A program made the translations under genes and the position numbers. A model generated the notes under the pieces. The model saw only the letters and a program-made list of their open reading frames with translations, made no database searches and was not told the origin of the DNA. Positions 22,161 to 33,655 of a DNA stretch of 45,074 nt are shown here, piece by piece. This DNA comes from Azolla caroliniana (Eukaryota > Plantae > Polypodiophyta): positions 1 through 45,074 of the forward strand of contig JBHGNT010000251.1 of assembly GCA_043228905.1 (NCBI GenBank), given 5' to 3'. Positions within the stretch are counted from its first letter, which is position 1. Each line of letters begins with the position of its first letter.

Positions 22161-23130
22161 GTCATCCCTCTCTTTTCAATTCACATGATTCTCTAGCACT
22201 GGTAGCAGAATGCTAGCTGACTTCTTCATGACTTCAGCATTTTAGAATGTCGTAAGCATTATGAGTTCGAAGCATAGATTGACCCAAGCGTGATATTCAT
22301 GGTATTCACCATCTGTAATATTCGAGAATATAAAATGACCCCAAAAATATTACAGAACCATTCGTTTATTTATTTATTATTTATTATTAAAAAAACAAAT
22401 ATTTTTACATCTATTATAAAAATATTATTAGTGTGAGGTGCCTTTTTTAATGTCAGATAAAAATATCAAATTTTATGGGAGAGTAAAAAGTGGGGAATTA
22501 ATGAACCTTTTATTTATTTATTTATTTTACTTTATTTATTAAAAATAAAACAAATACTTTTAAGTTTTATACCTATTATAAAAATATTATTAGTGTGAGG
22601 TCCCATTTTTAATGACAGATAAAAATATCAAATTTTGTGGGAGAGTAAAAAGTGGGGAATTAATGAACCTTATTTATTTATTAAAAAAAACAAATACTTT
22701 TAAGTTTTACATCTATTATAAAAATATTATTAGTCTAAGTCTCCTTTTTAATGTGAAGTAAAATATCCCCTTTTTATTGTCAAGTCCTCTTTGTTATAAC
22801 TTATATGATATATGATACAATCTAAGAAACAAAAAAGTAGGGACTTTATGAACTCTTCTTCTTTTTTACGAATATTTTTTCATGCATTCGTATGCATTCG
22901 TACGGTAACCTCCACGAATGCGGATATGTCAATCTATGGCTGGAAGGTCTCATAATTACATCCTGCAGATGAAACACCCACTCTTATGTGAAAAATAAGT
23001 CATCCCTCTCCTTTCAATTCACACGATTCTCTAGCACTTGTAGCAGAACACTGGCTGGCTGGTTCTTCATGACTTTAGCATGTTAGAATGTTGTGAGCAA
23101 TATGACTTGGAAGATCTCATAATTCCAGCC
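22161..23130. repeat. Local tandem duplication (~170 bp unit); the first copy is interrupted by the MITE
   Basis: GTCATCCCTCTC(T/C)TTTCAATTCACA at 22161-22162 and 22999; GGAAG(G/A)TCTCATAATT at ~22942 and ~23109. Confidence 0.8.
22273..22938. mobile_element. Non-autonomous hAT-type MITE (666 bp) with internal AT-rich repeats
   Basis: 11-bp TIR CATAGATTGAC/GTCAATCTATG; degenerate 8-bp TSD GTTCGAAG/GCTGGAAG; empty-site paralog CTTGGAAG at ~23106. Confidence 0.8.
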
Positions 23131-23595
23131 TGAACAAAACTTTGTATGTGCTGAAACAGGGTTCCTAACATATATCCTAATGATTTTCTGGGTGGAAAAT
23201 GGCATCCCTCACTTTATACTCTCCTTATCATCTCCAAGAAGATTTTTTTTCCATTTTCTTCCTCATCAAATGAACTTGCTGTTTTTTACGATGATTCATC
23301 CTCATAGCACAATCGATTACATCACGTGGAGCTTCTACACTGAATATTAAACTGTGGAATTTAGTTTGAGGAAAATTGAACATAATTTACTTATTCAGTC
23401 TATCCAGTGGAGTGAAATTAATATTTGTATCCTTGTGAACCACTCTACAATTCTGCGCCAATCATTAGTGATGTTGCAGAAGTAGAAGTTGTCACCCTCT
23501 GAAACGTATTCATAAAGCTTCTGTTTAACTATTCATGTCTTTGAGGTGAGTGAAAATATGAAGTACATGCTCATATTTAAGGAAATTGTGCACAG

Positions 23596-23811
23596 GCTAG
23601 AGATTATTTCAAAAAGGCAGCAGAACACAATGATCCAGATGGACTCTACAACTTGGGGGTATTATATCTGAAAGGCAAAGGAGTCAAAAGAGACATTAAA
23701 GCAGCAAGCAAACATCTTGTGAATGCTGCAAATGCTGGACATCCCAAGGCTTTTTATCAATTAGCCAAGTTGTTCCAGAAGGGCATGGGTGTGCCAAAAG
23801 ACTTAGCAATG
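23596..23811 (+). CDS. HRD3: HRD3/SEL1L exon 3
   Basis: ARDYFKKAAE...DGLYNLGVLYLKGKGVKRD...AGHPKAFYQLAK; AG/GT sites, phase 0. Confidence 0.93.
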
Positions 23812-24150
23812 GTTAGTTTATTTTACTCCTTGTTCAAGTTCATAGAGGTGATCTAGGAATGGATTGCATGGACAACCACACATGTTATTTAGATAGAAAT
23901 TTATGTATGCAAGTAATAACTTGACAAATTCCTCATAATTAACCATCAAATATATGATGATAATATGAGCAATTATTGTTGTCTTGAACATATGCATACA
24001 CTTCTATTTTTGTCCATATTTGTACTAACGATGATAATAACTGTAATCTAACACAATCAAATGTGATTAGTTTGTGGTTCTGGTTTATTCATAAGACTTG
24101 CATGCACATATTAGTTCCATCTATGATTAATTGAGAGTCATGTTTTGCAG

Positions 24151-24474
24151 GCGACGATGTTGTATAAAATGGTTGCTGAAAGAGGTCCATGGGGTTCACT
24201 TATGAGGTGGGCGTTGGAAAGCTATTTGAAAGGGGAGATAGGGAAAGCATTGCTTTTATACTCCAGAGCAGCTGACCTTGGTTATGAGATCGCACAAAGT
24301 AATGCTGCATGGATTTTAGAGAGGTATCATGAAGAGGAATATTGTCTAGGGCAGTCTGGCTTCTGCGAAACTGCAGAGCGTTACCGAAGAGCTCATACTC
24401 TCTGGTGGCATGCCTCTGAACAGGGGAATGATGATGCAGCACTTCTTATTGGAGATGCTTATTATTATGGTCGG
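24151..24474 (+). CDS. HRD3: HRD3/SEL1L exon 4
   Basis: [36 protein letters not shown]; AG/GT sites, phase 0. Confidence 0.94.
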
Positions 24475-24895
24475 GTATGCTTATTAACATTTCTAACACC
24501 TGGTGTTTTAGAATCAGCAAGATACATGTGACGTTTCAAAATTGATATTTAGAACTTATTCTCTGTAGGCAGTATTTTGTTTTATGGGTTTGTAAAGGCT
24601 GAAATAAGGAGTTCACATTTCGTAGCATTTCATAATTAATTTTGCACGGATTCCTCTGTTTCAATATCTATATTACTTATCAGTTCATAATTCACCAATA
24701 TGTAAGTAAATAAGTGGAAGTACATCGCCTTGGGCTTTTTCACATAAATTGCGAAGTGTCTATAACTCCTATGTTTTAGGAGGATTTGTTTTCTAAAATT
24801 GTGCCTTAATTATTTGTTTCGAATTCCATTATCTGCCAAATTCCATCTCATCTATCAATTGTTAATTCTCGTTGTATAATGGTTTGCTTTTACAG

Positions 24896-25138
24896 GGAAC
24901 AGAGAGAGATTGGGAACGTGCTGCGGGTGCATATAAGCATGCCCGTTTACAAGCAAATGCACAAGCGATATTTAATCTAGGATACATGCATGAGCATGGT
25001 GAAGGCCTTCCTAGGGATTTTCACCTTGCCAAGAGATACTACGACGAAGCCGTTCAGACCAACCCATCTGCAGCGTTGCCAGTGTATCTTGCTCTCACTG
25101 GGCTCTGGTTGCGGCAAAATTATAAAGATAACATTTTG
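24896..25138 (+). CDS. HRD3: HRD3/SEL1L exon 5
   Basis: [49 protein letters not shown]; AG/GT sites, phase 0. Confidence 0.94.
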
Positions 25139-25821
25139 GTAAGCTACTTTTAATTATTAATGAATAATATCAATACAAATACCCAAAACATCCATCTAAA
25201 TGTTGGAGATGATAACTTTCCTTCTTTGTTTTCTTTTGCTCCAAGTCTCTACAGAGTTTCGTGTAGTTTCTCATGTTTGCTTTGCTTTTTGAGGATTTTG
25301 GGTTCACTCACGTTTTAATCTCCTTTAATTTGCAATTTATGACCTCTTAATTTCTGAGTGCAATAGTTACCGCCTCATAATCTCCTCTAATTGTAATGAA
25401 TTATCCCAATATTGTCCAATTTGTTACTAATCAGCAGTGTATTCCTCTGTGCTTGAATTAAAATTCTCAGTTTCTCCAAAATCCAACTAGTTTAATTCTT
25501 GATCACTGATATCCCATTAACTGTTTTGTACATATGTTTCTGGTAAATTTCAAAAGTTGGATGGCGTTTTGGTAAATTTTCTGCAATATTTTTATATTGA
25601 AAACTGATCAAAACGTTTATATTGCAAACTGATCAAAACGTTTGTCAGTTAAGATCTTTTATATGAACAGCTATTTTCAATGACAGAAGTCTGTAGAGAA
25701 ACATATTAAATTTTATCGGTTGTCTAAGGGCTTTTTCAATATTTGGCTTTTTTATATTTTTTCAATCGCAAAAGTTTCATATATATATATATGGCTAATT
25801 GTGTAAGCTCATGAAATTCAG

Positions 25822-26001
25822 GTTAAACTATTGGATGCTTTACCTGAAGTGGTGCCACAAATTGGAGACTGGTTGAAGAATATTTTGCTTGATGAAGGAA
25901 ACATCACAATGGCAACTCTATTTGTTTGCCTTATGACTGTGCTCTATCTGCGGAAACGGCGATTACATGCTCAAGCTGTGCCACCCCCACCACTGCCATG
26001 A
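25822..26001 (+). CDS. HRD3: HRD3/SEL1L exon 6 (TM anchor, basic and Pro-rich tail, stop)
   Basis: VKLLDALPEV...DEGNITMATLFVCLMTVLYLRKRR...PPPPLP*; not in the ORF track, read by hand; spliced total about 700 aa. Confidence 0.9.
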   Translation, partial: VKLLDALPEVVPQIGDWLKNILLDEGNITMATLFVCLMTVLYLRKRRLHAQAVPPPPLP

Positions 26002-27707
26002 TTTTTTCTTTTCTTTTCATACATGGCATAAAGCAAAAAACAAAACCCATGTATAAACTTGTATCATGACACAATCAAGGTTGTAATAGAGAAAAAGATA
26101 CTGCTTGAGAAAGGTTACCTTTTAATGTCGTTATTGCCAACTCTAGGCAATTTATAGTGTTTTAACTTGACTGAATTTAGAGAAAAAGAATGCAAAAATT
26201 GTCTAGACATTGCTTTGGTCTGTTGTTTGGAGAACTATATATATTGATGTAAAAGTTTAATAGCAAAGTGAGCCATAAAATTGCAGGTTTTGTTGAATGC
26301 TCATTTCCTTTTTTCGATTAAAAGATTATGTGAAAATGTGAAGATTTCTATCAAAGGATAAAGAATGGATGGAGTTTGCCTACCCTGCAATACTTCTGTA
26401 TTTTATTGTCTCTGGAAAAGTTTGAAAATTTCTTAATAAGAAATGATCATGGTTTTTTGCAGTGAACTGCAAACGTTTTTAGAACAGATTTTGTTGATTT
26501 CACACGCTTGATAAATAAATAGTATTGGAGAAGTTTGAGAAAATGAGCCAAGTAATGTTCGATGAGAATTGAGGATATGAAAAATGTGTTGAGAGTATTC
26601 TAGATGAGTATTGAGAGTATTGCATGCCGAAAGGGGAAAAATTTTATGTTGAGATGTGTGCAACCAAGTGGAAGAGTTTCTCAGAAGGTATTAAACTAAT
26701 CACGATGCCTCCATTTCTACATGTACTCTTCACTTATTTGATTTACCTTTATAGCTGATAGATCATTTTCCTTATCGTGATTAATGAATTGGCTCATTAA
26801 GTAATTCATCATTGATTAATAAATTTGTCTTTATTTTGATCAATTGACATAATTAATGAAATGTCTCTTAACAAATATCTTGTAAATAGTGTTATGTTTG
26901 CCTAAAACTGTCCAGAGTATTGAGTTGTGCATTACTTAATGACTCCCTACATCAAATCCTTTGATTCTGAGTATTTTCAGATCAATTATGAGAAAAATCG
27001 GGAAATGCAGTCAAATGAGTCTCAACATATTCTACATTGGGGCTGTGAATATGTTGTTTGTCTATAAAGAAATGTTGTATTTGTTGATGGTTCATTGGTC
27101 TTGCTTCTTGGACAGCCCTCATCCAATGATGAGGATGTCGCATGGGCCTACCGTTACGAAGGTTATTCATTAGTGTGAAATTCTATGTTTGTGGTTTAAA
27201 ATATGAAAATTATTCAGATTCACGTTTTCACTTGTGAAATTTTTACTGTTGCAGTTGAATGAAATAGTGTATAGTAAACCTTTCAGCGTGACTTTGCGTG
27301 TGTGAATGGGCCTTGGACACCCAAATGTTTATTTTGCTTCTTTTGTAGTGTCAACAAATGTCACATTTGTTCTTTTTCTTTTTTTAAGGTGAAAAGGGAG
27401 GAAAAAACTGGAAAATAGAGAGGATGTGTAGAGCTGAACCCTGAGAGCGTGTTTTGTTTCTTCCATCAGTACCTCCTTGGTACAACAACTGAACATTGAC
27501 ACCTTGGGCAGCACCACAGTTGGCACTGGCGTGCAATGAGTTTTTGTAGGGTTTCATGATTAGAAGAGTTAGCTTAACTCTTGTTTCATTTAGCACTTTA
27601 GTTTGTGAATTAAGACATGTAACTTTTTTATTTGTTGATGATGGATAATTTTTTGGACTTGGTTTTGTTATCTCTGAGAGGTTTTTCCACGTTAAATAAC
27701 CAACATC

Positions 27708-27764
27708 TGATTGTTTCCTTCTCCCAATCAAGTAGATGATTGTTTCCTTCTCCCAATCAAGTAG
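27708..27764. repeat. Short tandem duplication 2 x 29 bp
   Basis: TGATTGTTTCCTTCTCCCAATCAAGTAG occurs twice. Confidence 0.9.
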
Positions 27765-29133
27765 CATAGCGCTCATTACATTTCTAATAATACAAGCATA
27801 TATGACATTATTGCCAAATCCCCACCATTTAAGGGTTGAACCCGATGATATACAAGCTCAGCCTTTACCTAGTGCTCAATATCGGTTATCCAGATGAGCA
27901 TGTTGTCAGCATTGTTGTTGGTTGGGTGATCATACAACAAGTAATGGAACCAAATTAGAATGGATAATGGAGATGATAGTCACTGGGGCCATACTTGTGA
28001 TGGATATGTCAAATATTGATGAAATCATGAGATCCATTTCTCAATGCAACTTTGTCCCTTCACTGAACCAATGGATGGTTAAAAATGATGTGTTGGAAAG
28101 TAAAACTTCCACAATAACTAGGCTTTGCAATGTATTGCCTCTATGTTACTACTCGTGATTCCTAAACGAAAATCAAACCCATCAGGATAGAAGGATTGTC
28201 TTTTTTGTGTTTGCAGACGGAAGGGAGAAATCATCACAAAGTTCGAACATACTCACGTGATTAAATTATTATTTTTTAAATGCAAGCAAAAAGTAAAGGA
28301 AAGAAAAAACAAAAAAGACAGAGAAGTACAATCAAATATATATGGACAATAGAAATAAAAAATAAAAAGGGCAGAAAATTGAAAACACAATCTAAGAAAA
28401 AGATGTTCACATGGAAAATAGGAAGTGTAGTAGGATTGTATTGCATTTAGCAATCTTTATGTATGTGTATACATAAAATTCAAGAAATGTGCAGATATTA
28501 GATTGTATATATACAGCCTGATTGGGTGCACATTTGTATTCCACTAAAGGACAAGCAATGCATAAACATAAAAACATGTGTAGCATAGCCTAGGATGAGT
28601 ATGATACAATAAGCAGTAATGAGAAATGAGACAAAAAGAAACAAACAAATGGCAGAGTCAAAAATTAAAAAGATTAAATGGGTTTCATATTGTAACGAGC
28701 AAAGGCCCGTGATGACCATTCATACATGTAAATGAACTCCCCAAAGTAGGACATAGAGCTTAACGTAAATACTCATGGCCATGGAATTGCAATCTCTAAA
28801 TGACAGGATATCAAGTTCAGATGAGTATGCATTGCCAAGATACGATACCACAATGTTGCAGAGGCTCACAACTGTTCTATATTTCCAAATATATCTTACA
28901 ATATGGCTCCAGCAATGCCATTGAATATCTTGAATACACATGCAGTTATATTGGTCTAGTTCCACCCAACCTTTTAACCTCATGTTTGGATTCAGCACAT
29001 GCAATGCATCAGTGCAGCTCTGATCTTCTTCTCTTTTCCAAGATATGATACATTTTGTCATCTTGCACGATGAAATTCAATAAATGGTGCTTATTATCAC
29101 CACTCGCATTTGCATTCGTATATATATGGGCAC

Positions 29134-29336
29134 TCAAATGTTTCTTTTATGCTTTGACACCGAAAGCAAATGCAATATGCCTTCAGTCCATAGCCGGTGT
29201 TGTGCTTCGTTTTTGCACTGTAATTCCATTACTCCTTGATCAGTCTTTATACCAAAATGCCATCTTCTCTCTCCACCATCATGGTTACCACTTTCCCACG
29301 AACAAGGTATGTCAGTATGCACACCAATGACAAAAC
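29134..29336 (-). CDS. FORKED-like / VAN3-binding protein, exon 7 (plant PH-like domain end, stop)
   Basis: ERRWHFGIKTDQGVMELQCKNEAQHRLWTEGILHLL; CAG acceptor; phase consistent. Confidence 0.9.
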
Positions 29337-29454
29337 CTGCTTCCCAAATATTGTATTCCAAGAAAGAAAATATTAGTGACTGTTTGGAAGACAAATTGCT
29401 TATACTTTCAAGAACTCATTCAGTTATTTTGATGTTTGGAGATGGACAACTTAC

Positions 29455-29512
29455 GTTTTCGCTTTTTTATCATGGCAGCACCCATGTATTTACTCTGAGA
29501 TTTCACCACCAC
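29455..29512 (-). CDS. FORKED-like exon 6
   Basis: VVVKSQSKYMGAAMIKKRK; AAG acceptor, GTAAGT donor. Confidence 0.85.
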
Positions 29513-29715
29513 CTTTCAAAAACAAAAGGAGTTACAAAAAGCCGTTCATTAGCATTAAAGAAGCAAAGACTAATAATAGATGGTTCACAACACATGTGCC
29601 ACATTTTTGCATTTGATTCCCCCCATCTTTTGATGGATGAGCAAAATTTCGCATTTTGTTTTCACTCAGACAATTGAACGATTTCTCTAATCTTTTTGAC
29701 AGCGATACAACATAC

Positions 29716-29765
29716 CTGGGAGTTTTTATCAAGATAGACAGACACTATCCTCCAATGCACATCAC
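29716..29765 (-). CDS. FORKED-like exon 5
   Basis: GDVHWRIVSVYLDKNSQ; CAG acceptor, GTATGT donor. Confidence 0.9.
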
Positions 29766-29943
29766 CTGAAGGGCAAAATGGGCAAGTTAACATTTCAATA
29801 GAACTCTGAAAAATAACTACTACATAGCAAATGAATAAATATAACACCATCATATGGATTAAGAGAAAAACATAGCACAGTCTCATATATACATCAAAAG
29901 GTAAATAATAACACTACTATAATATATATACATACATAAACAT

Positions 29944-29979
<36 letters not shown>

Positions 29980-30087
29980 TGCAAAGAGATAACACCATTA
30001 TATATATCAAGATAAAAGGGTAGCATCATCATTACATATCTAGTCATCGTTTATATCAAGGTAAATGTGCGAGATAAGTATTTTTAC

Positions 30088-30291
30088 CCTTCCGTGTGCG
30101 CTTGAGAAACTCGCATCCTCTGTTCAAGAACTCCAGATTCCCACACTCCAGTTCACTGTCGTCAGAGGGAGAATCTCTCACAGAGTTGATCAAGCTGTTA
30201 TTGTCATCCCCACTATCACAAGGGAGATGTGATCTTATGCTTTCAGTATCTCTCAGTACTCTAGCATTTAACACTGCAGCTCCTCTCAAAG
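30088..30291 (-). CDS. FORKED-like exon 4
   Basis: ALRGAAVLNAR...EFLNRGCEFLKRTRKG; splice phases consistent. Confidence 0.9.
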
Positions 30292-30378
30292 CTGCCACAA
30301 ACCCATCACAATAATTATAGCTTGCAAGATAATATAGAAAACCCATAAATTACTTTTGCATATGCCATATATCTATAC

Positions 30379-30772
30379 CAGTGGCTGCAGCTGCGGTTAA
30401 TGTCATTACATCGCCAGGGAGCTTTACATTAACTGCTGAGCTTATGATAGCAGCCATCTGATCACGATCAGCTCCTATGCTTTCAGCTACGTCTACACAC
30501 TGGGCAGCAACTAGAGCTGCAGCAGAAGCTACTGCCATGCTCGTCTTACTCTGGATATCCTCATTGGCTGCTGAGGTGGCTGTTGCTGATGTGGCTGTCG
30601 CAGCTGCAATCGCAGCTATGGCAGCTGCAACTCCAGCCACAGAAATCGCAGCATGTATCTGTGCACTGTGGGCTCGATTTACTTCCTTTTTCCTTTCTCT
30701 CAAATCTTTCAGCCACTTACGTAGAGAGATGTCTCGCAACGGATTCCTCACACCACTGAAACTTCGACAAAA
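30379..30772 (-). CDS. FORKED-like exon 3 (auxin canalisation / DUF828 core)
   Basis: [37 protein letters not shown]...[18 protein letters not shown]...[12 protein letters not shown]. Confidence 0.93.
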
Positions 30773-31553
30773 CTGCCAAGCAATTGTTCAAATGTTAGTC
30801 TCGACGTCTACCTCTTGATTTCAATTATTTCCTGTTCAATCAACTGTCCCTGAGTAAAAAAAAAGGCCTTGCACACATCACACCAGTGATGCAAGCTTTT
30901 AGGATCAAATACCTAACATAGACTATCAATTGACAAATAGAAGGATTAGAGAATCCTCACCACCTAATCAATGGACCTCAAGCCAAGGTTCATCCACTCA
31001 CTGGCAATTAGACAAAACCTAGTTTTAGACCACAGCAAGACTGGACTTGGTAAATGGAGAAGATGGCCACTATACCCCAGATTTAGCACCACTGCAAGAC
31101 TGGACTGGATAAATGGACAAATGGACGCTAGCATTTATCTATAAACCCCAGGTTTTCAGGAAAAACCAAAGCTACCCAGACTTTGATACCTATCCACATG
31201 CTAATGTAGTGTTCAAGCTGTTCTTTCCTTCTAACTAACTCCAATGATAGGTTACTATTTTGCAAATTCACATGCTCCCAAAAACAAAAGAGTTTTAAGG
31301 TTCATAGTTGTCGAGGACTTGGGAATACTCATATTTAGGATGAGACCTGTGAAGAGACACAAAAGCTAGATGCCAAACCAAGATGAGTTTGGTACAGTTT
31401 CAAGGAAAATAAACAGGGGCTAATATTCATCCAAACAGCTACTTAAAGTGTCCCTTTAAAAGCTCACACTGCCTCTATATAGGTCACAATGATGTGAGGC
31501 AAAACTAAATGTAATAGCAAATATCAAACAAAAGTAAAAAAGCACGAAAATAC

Positions 31554-31658
31554 CATAAGTTCATCCCCTTGCCAAGGGGGGCTTACGGGATAGTTTGCAA
31601 CAACATTCCCCGAGGTAATGCTGCTATGTGATTTCCTCTTGGACACAGGAGAAAGGTC
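31554..31658 (-). CDS. FORKED-like exon 2
   Basis: DLSPVSKRKSHSS...PVSPP...DELM; 105 nt between CAG and GT; resembles the family segment SPR...SHSS...SPPVSP; read by hand. Confidence 0.78.
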
Positions 31659-32502
31659 CTGAAATATTCCACAAATAAATCTTCAGCAAATTTTCTTACA
31701 ATAGAAACACAAGTTGTTTGTTTCCCCACATAAACTAGCTTAAATAACCTATCAGCCACGGAATGACCTCATAACAAAGAGGAAACCTAACTTACTGAAA
31801 ATAAATCATCAAAGATGTAATGTGTTAAAAATCCTGACTTGACCAAAAAAAACCATTTGGACATGAAATGATGTTACAGCACACAACACAGGCAAAAGCC
31901 CTAACTTACCCTATCTTACCAAAACGATGCCATCAGGCATGGAAGGAACACAAAACCATAACGTCCTAGAAAGAAACTATTCATTCGACAACAGAAACAA
32001 TACCCTAAATGTAACATTAGACAAACGTGATGGAAGTGACACAAAACCATAACTTGCCCGACAGAAAGCATTCATTTGACAATAGAAACAAGACCTTAAA
32101 CGTAACATTAGGCAAACAACCAAAAGCAAAGCCCAACTAACATACATTAGACAACCCAAAAAAAGGAAACCCTAACATATCCAAAAGAGCCCATCCATTA
32201 ATCAACAACTACAACAAAACCATAAACTTTCCCAAATTAAGCCATCACATTGGAGAAATAAGAAAAACAAGAACATAAGTTACCCAGAAGAAACCATTAA
32301 TTAGACAAAAAACACTATAAGGTACCCACTTGAAAGCATCCATTAGACGAAAATAACAACAACAGAAACAAGACCCAAAACATACCATGAGACAAAAACC
32401 ACTACCTGAATTTAAAACCCCAAAAAAACAGAACCCTAGACCTATTCAAGAAGAAAACAAATCATTCAACGGACAAACAAAAGAAAAACTCTAAAAACAT
32501 AC

Positions 32503-32964
32503 TGATTGATGTGCCGAGATGCATTCCATGACCAAGTGGGCGGTGCTGACAGTTGGGAACCGGAAAGGAGCTGAAGCCGGAGCATCAATCACCTGTTCTT
32601 CTGACTCGAGTGCCGATCCTGAACCTTTCTTTCTCGTGTCGGAGCATGCGGAGAAGGGAGCAAGGGCATTTGCGATTTTCAATGCGGAAATGCTCCATGA
32701 CCTTGATAAGAACTCCATGGGCTCCAATGGGGTCTCGGGGGGTCCAAATGCGGTGTCGTAGTCAGGAGGATATTGCCGTTGATGACGATGATGATTACTA
32801 TATTGATGGTTATGATGATGATGATGATTATGTTGTTGTTGCTGCTGCCGTTGTTGTTGCAGAAGTTGAGGTTCTGAGATTGCCATGGGGGAGTCTTCTT
32901 CTATGTTGGGTAGGGGTGTGGGTCTAGAGACCAAAGGGGAACCTCTCTTGTGTGCCATGCTCAA
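32503..32964 (-). CDS. FORKED-like exon 1 (with a Gln/His-rich tract)
   Basis: LPNIEED, PPETPLEPMEFLSRSWSISA, PFRFP...HLVMECI; GTATGT donor; start could be 32964 or 32958. Confidence 0.9.
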
Positions 32965-33039
32965 TTAAATCAATATTCACAAGAAGAAGAAGAATCCACA
33001 AGGACTCTCTCACTCTCTAGATGTTCATAAAATGCATGC

Positions 33040-33136
33040 TTCTTTCTTTCTTTCTTTCTTTCTCTCTACCCTTCTCTGAAACCTCTCACTCTGCCTTACT
33101 CAATCTCTCACATTCTCATTCTACTTCTACCTCTCC

Positions 33137-33171
<35 letters not shown>

Positions 33172-33186
33172 TCTCTCTCTCACTCA

Positions 33187-33218
<32 letters not shown>

Positions 33219-33567
33219 GGGACCTGCCTCTCTCTGGCTCGCTGGTCTTCCTTTTCTCTTCTTCTGCCGTATGTATGTATGTATATATATGTACATACAT
33301 ATCTACATACATATATATGACATGTTTGTGATGGGCATATCATATATGTACATATACATACATACATATACTGTATACATATGTATCACTTCAGTATGTA
33401 TGGGGTGTGTGCGTGGGCAGAAAGAAAGAAGGAGAATCTGTAGCAGCAATAATAAATAATAAGACAGAAAAAGCAGCTTCCTCTGTGGGCACACAGAATA
33501 CATACATACATAACATATAAAGGTACTGCCTCTATTATTACATTATACATTGCTCTCTTTACCCTTA

Positions 33568-33608
<41 letters not shown>

Positions 33609-33655
33609 CTTCCATCCTTTGCTTTTGCTTTTGCTTTTGCTTTTGCTTTTTCTCC
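33040..33655. repeat. Compound microsatellite region upstream of the FORKED-like gene
   Basis: (TTTC)n, (AC)n at 33138-33168, (CTCTCA)n, (TACA/TA)n, (CT)n at 33571-33605, (TTTTGC)n at ~33618-33650. Confidence 0.9.

Noticed and set aside
27780-28160. 78-aa ORF (27922-28158) and nearby exon-like segments between the two genes
   Set aside because: No recognisable domain or consistent splice structure; a homology search is needed.
31030-32160. Short imperfect direct repeats in FORKED-like introns (~31035-31120, ~31945-32160) and at ~44858-44960
   Set aside because: Ordinary local slippage duplications with no TIR, TSD or coding signal.
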